From: Lepidodermella squamata
Taxonomy: Eukaryota; Animalia; Gastrotricha
Reading direction: 5' to 3'
DNA: 64,000 nt
Assembly: GCA_047495785.1 (NCBI GenBank)
Contig: JBLDXI010000031.1
Coordinates: 930,001 to 994,000 of the forward strand
The position numbers and the translations under genes were made by a program. Numbering within the stretch: position 1 is the stretch's first letter; the number at the start of each line of letters is the position of its first letter. Of the stretch, positions 33,762 to 45,700 are shown piece by piece. Below the pieces are notes generated by a model that was given only the letters and a program-made list of their open reading frames with translations, was not told the DNA's origin and did no database searches.

Positions 33762-36083
33762 TCAATATTTTTTATTCGGAATTAACAGCAGAATGAGATT
33801 CAAAGTCTCAATTGTTTTGTCAATTACATCAGCGGCTTCTTTTTGCGCGGAGCGATTGTCGTTGGCTTCTGAAGCTGGTCGATGCGACGTTCCAGGTCTG
33901 AAAACAATAGAATTTCAGACAGAAGGTGCGATATAAGTATAAATTTTAGCGTGTTGAAGGCGGTCACGTTCAGCATTCAGCTGACGGCCAGCCTCCTCCT
34001 CGGCTTTCAGCTGCGCTCGGAGTGTTTGAGTTTTTTTGCAGTAGGCTGTAAAAATTATAAATAACAAAGAAATGCTTCAAACAGATTAAAGCAGGTAAAA
34101 ACTAACCGTTTTCGCGGTCAGTCGCATAATGAACCGGAACTGGGGTGCGACGTTTTCGACCCCGGTGGAACGGGTCTTCACCCTCAAATCGCAGTCGAGT
34201 TCCCCACACCGGGTCGATCAGCGGATCATACACCTTTTCCGCCCTTGGGCAAGCTTTGCAAACGTCATCATTCGCCTCGCCACCATCCGCTTTGGCGACC
34301 ATCGCCAATTTAAATTCGCATGGCTCCGCCTTGGCCATGAAAACCATAGAGAACGGAGTGATCACTCCGTTCTCTATGATTGGTACAGCAATCCAAAGTT
34401 GTTAAAAACAAAAATTCCGCTGGAATTATGTATGATACTTATAAAGACCCATTCTTCCGGCGGCAAAACTCCATATAGCTTGTAATTATTGTGGCCAAGC
34501 ATGAGCATGAGAATGCCTCTTTCATTTATCCATAACTTCATGGACCAATGATATAGATCAAGAATTCCCCTCGCACTTTTCGTCGAATTTTTGAAGTAAA
34601 AAAATGATACGGTGAAACCTTCCTCTACGTAGAACGGAAGCTTATCTGGTCCAATCTCAATCAGCGCTTCTGTAACGCTGACAGCGGAATCTTTGGCTCC
34701 AAATGGTCCCGTAACGAAGACTGGAATTTTTTCAGGCTCAGTCTGGCGTAGCCGCAAGGGACCCAAATCAAGAAGACCGTTTGATTTGTCAAAATGCCAA
34801 GCAGCGATAAGAGATAATGGCTTAGCAAATGGGAAATCTTCGTAAGAAGGAAAATTAACTTTTGGAAGTTGAGTTTGAAAGAAGTATTACTTAACGATAT
34901 AGAAAGTATTTGAACATCTGGCCCAAGTTGTTTTTCTAACTCGAGGCAGGCATCTTTCTCAGACAGATATGGCGAGAACTTCACGGCGAGATTCACTGGC
35001 ACGGTGAAAGTCGAAAGCACACGCTGGCAAGGTTGTCCATTGCACGTGCTGTTGTAGCTCGTAACGTCCAGCAAGCCAATTGTGTAGTAGTAGAAAATAT
35101 CTGCAAACTTTAGCATCAAACCGACCTGAAGGGAGAATTTTGTTAAACACCAAATGAAAGATTTACAGCCTTTTACTTCGACATGGGTTCTATCGAGAAT
35201 TCTCTTCCTTTCGTAGGTAAAATGTTTGTTCACAGCTGGGCTCCAATCTTCTTTCGAGAAATAAAGTCCCAAAATATCAGCTATAAGAGAAAAGTTGTTA
35301 AAATATTTGTTATTATGGCAAATATTACCAACCTCTTTGATTTAAAGAGGAAGAATCGATGTGTTGATTTCTACACAGAGAAATCACGCCCTGAAGTTCA
35401 TTTTCGCCAAGGAAAGCTTCATAAGCTGTGATGCAGGAAAACAGTTCAAACTCGCTTGCATCTTTCGATCCCACATAAACCGTTGACTTTTGCTTCACAT
35501 CTCCAGTGAACTGTACAGCGAAAGGACCAAACGTCGTCAAATTATACTCAGGTTCCTCTGCGATAGTGACGCTGAGGCCTCCTGCATCGTTCAGCACCAC
35601 AGAAATGAAGTAAAACTTGGCTCGAGAAAAACCGTATTTTTTCCAATGGTGGGTCACAGCATATCCATCCTTTTCTGATATCAGAGAATAGCTCATCTCA
35701 GATGCATTATAAGTTACAGAATGAGAAACGTCTTGAATCCTGCAAGTCACAACAACGATATTTCCAGACACAGAATCAGAGTAGAAGAACAAAGCTGCTG
35801 TCAGACTTTCTGCCTTGGCTGACGGCAAGCTGTAAATTGCAAGTGCTGATATATGAGCTTCAGTTGATGCGATAGAAGTTTGTAAATAGCCAAAAGGGCC
35901 TGCAATGTAATTCTTGACTGTCCAACTTCTAACTCCAGCTATTTTCAGCGGCTTTCCGGTCAACTCATTCACCCCTGATTGCCGGTCGTATGGCAGGAGC
36001 AGAACAGGGTCTGGTAATGAACATTGACCGGGTGCTGAAATTAGCGCAATCCAGGTGTAGATGGCCAGCATCATATTGTACAT
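33762..36083 (-). pseudogene. Secreted protein with two concanavalin-A/LamG-like domains; 3' half disrupted; 3' end tentative
   Basis: Signal peptide MYNMMLAIYTWIALISAPGQC. Two similar modules: PVLLLPYD..GPFG..LTAALFFY..FYFISVV..VYVG and IAAWHFD..GPFG..FTVSFFY..WVFISII..IGDG. Stops and frameshifts around 34260-34380. Confidence 0.6.
34345..34378. repeat. Perfect 34-bp palindrome
   Basis: CATAGAGAACGGAGTGA|TCACTCCGTTCTCTATG. Confidence 0.97.
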
Positions 36084-36328
36084 TTTAGAAACGAAATTTC
36101 ACAAGGAAAGACTTTGGAAGCGGTTCCACAGTTTTTTTTTACGAAGATAATACATTTGACAGATGTTGATATTAAATTTGTAACCCAATAAAATTGGAGC
36201 CATATGGGTTAAACTCGATTATGAAATACCGGTGGCCTTATCGACTTGATGACGTGATTTCGATTATTGATATTATAAAGCTGCTTATTTCTTCATTGAT
36301 TCACAGGTAAATAATATCTTTGGGATGT

Positions 36329-37772
36329 TTATGGACTCTCATACGCACTTTCGTAAGTCGCTTCAACCTTGCCCTTGTCTAAAATGGCTATAACCCTCTT
36401 ACAGTTCGGGCAAGAATGACGCCACTCTGCAAAAATAGAAGATAGTTCAGGCTATGAATAAAAGGATAAGAGTATGTTATCATACAAGCTCTCGGCGATA
36501 GCCGCTCGTGCTGAATTTTATCTGACGAGGCGTCAGCCGAGTCAATAAAATTCCGACGAGGCGTAGCCGAGTCGGGGCACGAGCGGCTATTGCAGAGAGC
36601 GAGGATGCATAACAATTCGTATACCACACCAGATGTTGATCGCTTGACGATTTAAAAATGTTTGCTGAGTATCAGGTGAAGCTACAATTTTTCCCAACAA
36701 TTGTCGCCAAAATTCTGTTTGCAGGGTAACATCAGGTTGAAAAACAACACCTGATGCTGCTCGCGAATTCGAAGCCCATTTTATTCTTCATTTCATTTTG
36801 CAAAATTTGTTGGTCGATGCAACATCAATTTCCAGGACTAAACACTATGCCAAATGCGTTCCCGGAATAAGACAAATAGGCAAGAAGCTGATGCGCTTAG
36901 AGAGCTCAAAAAAAAATAAAAAATAATCCTCAATTTGAAAATTCACAGGAAAATTCCAGATGAATACTAAAAAATAATTAACCTCGGCTGCGCCTCGGTC
37001 GTGATTTCGAAATTGTCCTCGGCTGAGCCTCGGAAAATGGCTCGGTTTCACCTCGCTGAATTCACTGGGCCTTGCGGCCCATGTTGGTACAACATCATTT
37101 TCTTGTTTCAACCTAATTCCCGCTAAAGTTGATAAATTTCAAAATCCTAAATTTTACAACTTATCAGGTTTACGATCCTACCTAAATTACTTATCAGTTT
37201 TACGACACCAGCGTCTAAATTACTTATCGGTTTTATGGCCCCATCTAAATTACTTATTTATCTGCATCGAGCTCGAAATTTCAGTAACGATAAATTTTAT
37301 CCACTTTAACGATCTCTATTTTTAGTAAAAATCTGGCGCCTCAGCAAACACAGGTGTCACCAGCCTGTGAAATAACAAAATCCTAGCATTTTATCATTTT
37401 TGGGACGCTAATGCAAAGAGTCAGGCGATCAACAGGTGGTGTAGTATACGAAAGCTTACCTCTCAAGTTATGACTCCACATAGACGCCACTGCAAAACTG
37501 GAAAGCAAACATCTTGCAATCGTGCAGTTACAAATTTACAAGCAATTGTCATACCAAACTGGAGCCAATAATGACGCGGAGATGAAAAGCAAAATCAAAG
37601 CGATGTTTTTCTTCTTGAATTTACGTTCGACAAGGGTGTTTACATGAGCGTCACAGTGTGGGCACTTCACACTCATCATGGGCTGGTCAAAAGACCTGAA
37701 ATCCGGCAGAACAACAATTGATTCGCTCTTCTTTTTCGGTCGACATTCTTTCGGCTCTTGGGCATCTTTCAT
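36329..37772 (-). CDS. LITAF-domain protein (copy A), 3 exons, last intron expanded by a TE
   Basis: PMMSVKCPHCDAHVNTLV, then a hydrophobic segment, then last exon EWRHSCPNCKRVI (36426->36329). Confidence 0.82.
36470..37450. mobile_element. Non-autonomous ~980-bp hairpin element (copy 2), in the LITAF A intron
   Basis: Near-identical to 18117-19065 plus a 31-bp extra hairpin arm; absent from the matching intron of LITAF B. Confidence 0.88.
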
Positions 37773-38005
37773 GGTCGAATAGAAGAATGGTATTGCAAAT
37801 GTTTTTGATTGATACTTCCGCTATGCCGCAGTTAATTTATTCTGTATTCGCAGTCTTTTTTTTTGGCCAATATAATTCATTTGACAGATGTTGATATTAA
37901 ATTTGTGACCCAATAAAATAACAGCCATATGTTCAACTCGATTAAGAAATACCTGTGGCCTTATCGAATTGATGACGTAAATTTTTAATTAAAATAATAA
38001 AAATT

Positions 38006-38105
38006 TGCTCCAGGCGAGGCTCGAACTCGCGACCTTCGCATAACTCAGCATACATTCGAGTACTGCTTATAAGTACGACGCACTAACCAACTATGCAACT
38101 GGAGC
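38006..38105 (-). tRNA. tRNA-Ile(UAU) with 26-nt intron
   Basis: Exons identical to 17698-17797; 2 substitutions, both in the intron; T-run downstream. Confidence 0.93.
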
Positions 38106-38302
38106 AGCTGAAAAATATGCATCGCTAAAGCTTCATGGCTTAATATTTAATATAATAAAGCATGCTTCAATAATGCTTGCTGCCTCTAAAATGCATTTGA
38201 AAATTGTCCAGCTATTATAAGGCTAAACAAGTTAAGAATACATCAGCCTTTATTTCTTTATAGATTACAGATAAAAAACTTGTTTGGCCTACATATGGAG
38301 TC

Positions 38303-38760
38303 TCATGCACTTTCGTAAATCACTTTAACCTTGTCCAAGTCTAAAATAGCTATCATCCTGTTGCAGTTCGGGCAAGAATGATGCCACTCTACAAAAATAA
38401 AAGAGAACGTTTAGGGTTTGACTAAAGTGATAACAAGCTCACCTCTTAAGTTATGACTCCACATGTAAGCTATTGCGAAACTGAAAAAGAATAAGAAACA
38501 GAATTCATGCAGCGACAAATTTAAAAGTAGCAATCATCATACCAAACTGGAGCCACAAAGGACACGGTTATGAAGAGCGAAAGCAAAGCGATGTGTTTTT
38601 TCTTGAATTTACGTTCGACATGCGTGTTGACTTTAGTTTCGCAGTGGGGGCACTTCATATTCATCATCGGTTGGTCACCAGACCTGAAAACCGGCAGTAC
38701 AACCGTTGATTCACGCTTCTCCTTCGGTCGCCATTTCTTCGGCTCATGGGCATCTTTCAT
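38303..38760 (-). CDS. LITAF-domain protein (copy B)
   Basis: PMMNMKCPHCETKVNTHV...EWHHSCPNCNRMI; close paralog of copy A with the same intron positions. Confidence 0.82.
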
Positions 38761-39584
38761 GGTTGAAAAGAAGAATGGTATCGCAATTTTTGTGGTTGAT
38801 TTTGCAGCAATGTCTGCACTTAATTTATTCAGTGGCGTGCGTGCCTTGGTTATTCTATCTTTGTATCGGACCAATGTGTGAAGTGCGCCAAAAATAGCGA
38901 ACAAACTCAGTGATCACGCAAGTTCCGAAAAAAACATTGCGTGAATCTTAATCTGATTGATCATAGATTATCATAGATTTTATTCTATAAAATGCTGAAA
39001 CCAGTAGCAGATCATCGGTGAGAGGGGGTTAGGTTTGATGTTGTTTAGAAGCGTTTTCTTGTGACGCCCGTTGTATTCAGGCTGGTGCTATTCATGCTGT
39101 TAGCGATTGAGATTCCAGCCTGGACAATATCGTTAACGCTTTGAACAACCGTCGCAACTGGCCCCGTAAAACATGCTTCTCCGATAACCAGAATCGCTAT
39201 TTTCATATGCAAGGTTAGATTTAATCAAAAATTTCTAAAACCATACCTAGTAGGAACAGGATCTTGGTCAAAAGCCAGTTGAGTTCCTTTGATATCGCCA
39301 TGACTTGAAAATATTGGTGTGCAACTATCTTATAACCCACGCATGCGATGATATCAAGAGCCGACTCATTGGGTGCAAAATCCCTGAGGGGGTCAGTTAA
39401 AAACTAACCTCAGACACACTTGGAAGCCGCATCGTAAGCCTTTTAGTGCGATTCCTATAGGTGCTTTCATATGAATAATGCACCCATGTGTTCAAAACAG
39501 CTTTGCCATTTATTCAAAAAATTCAAAATCTTGCCCAGCATAATTTTTAAAACTTGTTTGCAAGCAAACTTGACTAAATCAAGG

Positions 39585-40054
39585 TCAGATTCCTCGCATT
39601 TCAAATTCGCAGTTCGGACAGAAGTGGCAGTATTCTGAAAAAAAATTTAAAATTGAGCGGCCGATGTTGAGGAATAAAGAGTATACTGAACAAAGGTCCG
39701 AAATTGATTGCGCAAAATCCATCACTGAAAATTTCATTAGAAGGTAAGTTAGCTCGAAGGAAAAAATGTATGGCCTTACACGAAGAGTGCAATCATGGCG
39801 ACTGGGAAACATATCACAACGAAGAAAATGCCGCTTGTCTTCATGCGTCGCTCAACTCTAGTTGTCACCTCGCTTTCACATCGAGGGCATATGATGTCAA
39901 TTGGCTCAGGTGCAAGCATTTCTGTCCCCTTGCCATTTGGGTCTCTCACAACTGTGTTCAAAGCAGGGTCTGGGCTTGTGGCGTCGAAAGATCGCCGTTT
40001 CTCCATGTTTCGCAGCACATTGGATCTTTCTTCCGTGGGCGAATCCATTAGCAT
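39585..40054 (-). CDS. LITAF-domain protein (copy C)
   Basis: PIDIICPRCESEVTTRV, a hydrophobic stretch, and EYCHFCPNCEFEM. Confidence 0.78.
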
Positions 40055-41150
40055 GTTTTTTTAAAGGAATGTGACACAATGACACAGAAACATGGACGAT
40101 ATTAGAAGTCACCGAGCTAAAGATACCGAAGTGGTTATCAAGCCGTGAAACTGATATGATATAAGAGCTGTAGTTTAAATAACCCGCTCAAAGGCTACTG
40201 TCTGCCGCTATCTCGCCAAACCAAATAGGTATACGTCATATCACGTCGCAATTGAAATCACTGAGAAGCGTGAGTATGAAGCCAATCGTCGGCTCGAAAA
40301 TTCAATATCCTGATGCTCATCCGCGAAAAAGAGCACGGGATATTCAATTAAATTATGCTTCGCGCATTGCACAGTTTGCATTTCTGATTCACAGAACAGA
40401 AAAGTCGTGTCCTTCACCACTTCGCTATGCATCGTCAACCTAAACGATCGGCCACAATTCTACCTGAACATAAGCACCAGAACCCTCCATTATCGGTAGG
40501 CTTGAACTCTCCGGCACAGCTGTGGTAGCTTTGACAACAAAGCATGGCCGTTGGAAGGGCGCTAGTAGACTTCGACTTGCTCAGTTACTGGTTACTGTCT
40601 GACTGCAATATTTACCACCACGCGTTGCAAAGCAGGCCGATATTGAGCAGCGTTGGAGGCAAAATATCTCGTACGGCTGGCAGCTGGGGTGAAAGCGACC
40701 GTTTAGTCCTTTGCCAAGGGCCAAGGGTACCATCTTGCTTTTGGCCTCAGGCCATCGAGATAGCCAGGTGGGCGCGGTGATGAATTCATTTAATATATTG
40801 CCCATTCAATTTTTTTAGTATAAAACTTGTTATCAGTTGATTGAATCAAGCACTTCACCGTCATTTTCCCGACCAATTTGCGTTGCCCAGCGACAAGGAA
40901 AAACCATGATTACCACCGTATATGTGGAATGATGTCGATTCGTTTAAAAATCCTAGCGTGTGCCTAGATAAGGCTAAAGGGGATTCATTTGTCACACACG
41001 CAACACCTGAAATTTTACTTTATAATCGGCGGCTATCGCGAGCTCACTTTCACAATAAAGCGGGAAAATTCAAGTCGTTTCAAGTCACCATAGACTTCAA
41101 AGAATGTGCACAAAGCCATTATATAATATTACTCGCAAAGTGTTCGCTAA

Positions 41151-41620
41151 TTAATCATCTCCAATGACAGAACCGATCTTTTTGTGACAGCTAGGGCAGT
41201 GGTGAATGTACTCTGAAAGAGGAACCGTAGATTTAGACTATCACAGAATCATTCATCTTTTGCCTTACTTGTCAATCCTCCGCCGATACAAAGGCAAGAT
41301 CCCGTGCTGAAATAAAGCTCATGATCGCTCACCTCGGCTAACATCAAATAAACTTACAATAGAAGGGAGACGATACCCAGGGCACAGCAAAAAACACCGA
41401 GAATTACAGCAGGTGTATTGCATTTCGCCTCAACAACCGTCACCACCAACTCTTTGCAATGAGGGCATAAAAATGGCTGTGGCTCGTAGGTTGTCAATCT
41501 AGACGGGATGACGATAACATTCCGCTGCCTTGTTCGTGGTCTCGAGCGCATCAAGTCCGGATTCTCGAGAACGCTTTTCACATAACTAGGAGGCTCATAT
41601 GGCGGTGGTTCGGTGGCCAT
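41151..41620 (-). CDS. LITAF-domain protein (copy D) with PPxY motifs
   Basis: PPPY and PPSY; PQPFLCPHCKELVVTVV; last exon EYIHHCPSCHKKIG. Confidence 0.85.
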
Positions 41621-41765
41621 TTAAGACGTTAAGTGTAGCTAAAAACTAAATATTATTTCTTTTCAGCTACAAATCGCTCAGTTGATCTTGAAATCGAGCG
41701 ATTTGTCGTCATTTTCGCAGAAACTTAATCTAGGCATTTATCGGCGCCGGGTTTTTCAACGAAAC

Positions 41766-41990
41766 TGCATGTTTGCCGCTATGCCGAAACAATACCTCTA
41801 TGGCATATGGCACTAAGCAACCAAGTGTTGTTCTGATGGTCGAAATGATAGCGTCACTGGCGCTTAACAGCGCGCGATTCTTTTAATTGATTAAAATATT
41901 GTTTGAAAAATCGCACCCACCAAGCGATGTATTTCAAAGAAAATGCATGTTTGCCGCTATGCCGAAGCAATACATATGGCATATGGCACT
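41766..41990. repeat. Two ~48-bp direct repeats (41766-41814, 41944-41990)
   Basis: TGCATGTTTGCCGCTATGCCGAA(A/G)CAATAC...TATGGCATATGGCACT occurs twice. Confidence 0.85.
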
Positions 41991-42761
41991 TATATTAATT
42001 AAAGGCAGTAACTAATAAAACCGCATGAATCACCTGCAAGCGTGACTTTGGCCATGTGACGTAGATGTTGACGGACGCAGGACCATGCCGATTTTTTGCC
42101 TGAGCCTGAGCCTAATTCATGTCACAAGACTTTGGTCAGTCAGACGATCTGATTAGCACCATTCAATGGCGAGCAAAAAAACAATTTCAGTAGGCCCCTG
42201 CGATCACACTGGCTCCGCCTAAATTCTATCTAAAAAAGAAACTCTTGTCCAACTGTTTGCCATTTATTCAATGCATTGTAAGAGCTGCTATGCAATAATG
42301 TGATCGCCTAGCTCTTCAGTATGGTTAACCGAGGTGGTGTGAAAAACACAGCAGGCAAAGTATCTTTCATCTTTCGTTTTATTATCCTTCCAACGATGTA
42401 GAATCTCATTCGCAACCCGCTTACATAACGGTTATTAATGATTCCCAGCGAACAATTACAGCGACACAAACAATATTATAACAGTCCGGCAACAATAACT
42501 AGACAGCACTACTCGCTGCTTCGAAAAAAACACAAAAATAATTCAAATGGCCCACTCAAATTCAGAGCAGTGAAGAAATTAGACAAGTATTAGTCGCAGT
42601 CAACATGACTAAAATTAAGTAGAAAAAACCAACAAATTCACAGGGACATTTCATAATTTACAGCTCAATATATATAAGTATCCCTCAAATCGATGGAAGC
42701 AACATTTTGGACCTTTGCAATACATTTTTTTGAGTAGAAAAGCTGGGTTAAATATCGACAT

Positions 42762-45700
42762 TCACGCCTTAATCTGGCGAGGCGTCCGAGGCTGCACGGG
42801 TATATCATCAGGCGGCGTGCCAACCATGTAAACAATACAGCCAATCAACAAACAAACGCAAGTCGCAATGACCAAATAGCCGTACTGGTTCGGATACGGC
42901 AGGCAAATTACAGCGATTAGCCGTATCAAATCAACGAGCTGGTTCAGCGAACCCTGCACCCCGTTCACCACGCCCCGTTCCGAGGCGGCTACTCGCTCGA
43001 CCAAGGCCTGATTTATCGACAAATCAGTGCCCCACAGCGTCATTCGAGACATGATCACAGCTGCCATTAGCACCCATAAATGCGGAAATTTGAATCCCCC
43101 GATTTCTTCCCCCTCCAAACAGTTGATACCCGGTATGGATGTCGCGTTGGCAGTTGAGTTATCCGATAAATTAAAATTCAACGCAACCGTAGTTGTTTCT
43201 AGTAAAATTGGTTCGAGACTAGTAAAATTAGCTGTTTCATTCTGATTTTGCTGCGACGGAAGACTTGTCAATTTGTTGATATGCAGCGGCTGGAACGGAG
43301 ATCCGGGCAGTGCGACGGAAATCGCGGCTATGCCGATGAAGAACACGTGGCCAATGTAGAAGGAAGCGCCGCCGGCGCGCAGGCCGAAGCGTTTGCGAAC
43401 GTGCGGGAAGACGATGGTGCCGACGAGGCCGAGCACGAAGCTGCCGATACGGATCGCCGCGACAACCAATTCGGATATGCATAACGAGCGAACGTAGGCA
43501 GTTGTCACGCCGTCGAATGACACAACTAAAAATACAGAAAAAAATAGCATATGATCAGTGTCATCGATTTGGTGATATTGAGAAAGTTTATGAATATTGC
43601 CCAACTACGGAAAAGTTCTGCCGAGGTCCTACCAGCGATCTTTTAGCTTCACTAAGAGACACCAAGTCGCCAGAATCGCTCAGGTTGCAAGGTTAACATT
43701 CATGACTACGAAATTTCCCCATGAGGGCGCGGAATCCAAGCGCCTGTCTCTCGATCTCAAGACATTATACCTGCTGTAAACTGTATCTTCCATGTAACCC
43801 ACACTCATCCTCCCACTACAACATCGCATAACTATTCAACAACTGCTACGACATCGACAGCCAAAATCTGTCTCGGTTAGGGAGTTTGATGGATGATAAC
43901 TGATAGCCAATGAGTCAATGGCGAAGGGACAACGAGGGTGGTAGGCGGTAATTTGGGAGGATTCGGTCAGAATCGACCTCTTCGTCGAACGCAGCGGCCT
44001 CGTCGGCGTGGAAATAGTATGTGAGAAGATTCGGTTTCTTGTAGGCAGACGTTGACTTATCCAGTTTTTCAACCACATTGTTGAGGCAAGGTCCAAGTTC
44101 AGATTCACGGACAGCTTCGATGTAATCAGGGTACTTACCCAGAGGGCCGTTAGAGCGAATCAATCGCCTTAAATTCGGCCAAATGTTTAACCAGGCGAGC
44201 AATGCTGGGCCATGGATTCAAATTTATCAACGTATGAAGACCATATCCGCTACCCGAGCCAAGGTGGAAATACGTGGAAATGTTATCATCTTTCTGTAAA
44301 ATCAGCCATGAGCATGCGCTTTTCGGGTCATTTGATTCTCCTATTCTCCCTTGATTTTGAAGAGATGCTCATCACAAAAACATGGGGTGAGGTTTTTCCC
44401 ACTTTTAACCGGCTTTGAATTCATTAGGCCTTGTTGTCTCCATTATTTAGAATTTTAATGAAAAATCCAATTATTTATCGATTTTTACTTCGTAGGCCTT
44501 CGTCGGAGTTCATTGAAAAGAACGATGCGCTGATGAAATGCCTTATTGCGAAAATAGTTCAGGGCCAATTCGATACTTCGATGGCTATACTTGCGGTTCG
44601 ACTAGAATTATACAAATATAGCGGAGCTATACAAATCACGATTCTGTCTCCATGGGTACAAATTTGCGTCGGAATTTGACTGGAAGAAAAACGTCACTAC
44701 GGGCAATAACGTCATTGATTTGATCAACAGTAACGAGGAGTATTTTCTGTCCACTGAAGTTCCGGTTATTATTTACGGCGCGGAGCACTCGAGCCACGCT
44801 GGGTGGCACTATCATGGCTATGAAAAGCTGATTGCTACAAATTATGACACCGCCAGCGGGCAATCGCCCATTTCTACGGATTACTCATCGGCTGGTCAGA
44901 CCACGCATTCAGACAGATCGTGGCTACTGAAGCCGATCCGATCAGGCTTCCTGCGGAAGAAGGATGTCTTACCGTTTGATGATGACATCGATCTTATGGC
45001 GTCACGCTATTACTACCAGAAATCGGGAAAAATCTTCGAAAGCGGGAAACCAATGAAGAATAACGAAAATCTGAGGATCATGACTATTAAGCCAGGATGC
45101 AGCTGGGTAATTGGTCAACACGAGATCGTGGCTACTCAAGCCGATCCGATCAGGCTTCCTGCGGGAGAAGGATGTCTTGCCGTTTGATGATGACATCGAT
45201 CTTATGGCGTCACGCTATTACTACCAGAAATCGGGAAAAATCTTCGAAAGCGGGAAACCAATGAAGAATAACGAAAATCTGAGGATCATGACTATTAAGC
45301 CAGGATGCAGCTGGGTAATTGGTCAACACGAGATCGTGGCTACTCAAGCCGATCCGATCGATTGGAACAAGAGTGATCAGCGTGACTTAGCTATCCATTC
45401 CAGTAATGCGTTATCTCTGATAGACGATTGACTCACATCTCGCCTAGTCGGGTTGATCTTTCAATACCTAACCATTTCCTCGATTGTTCTCTGGAAAACC
45501 ATAACTAACGTGCTGTGTTTCTCCTCCTAGATTTGTTATACATACTGAGGGACAAATGGCTGCTGCTGAATCTTCACACGCTGACATTTGTTGATGTCAA
45601 TGTAGCAAAATGTTGCATTAAAATGGTTTTCTTGCCAAATATGAAAACCAAATGATGCCATCCAACCTCTAATTTGCGTCGGAATTTGGCTGGAACGTTA

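Noticed and set aside
40581-40805. Fifth LITAF gene between copies C and D
   Set aside because: Cys-containing but lacks the CxxC/HxCxxC pattern and the hydrophobic segment.
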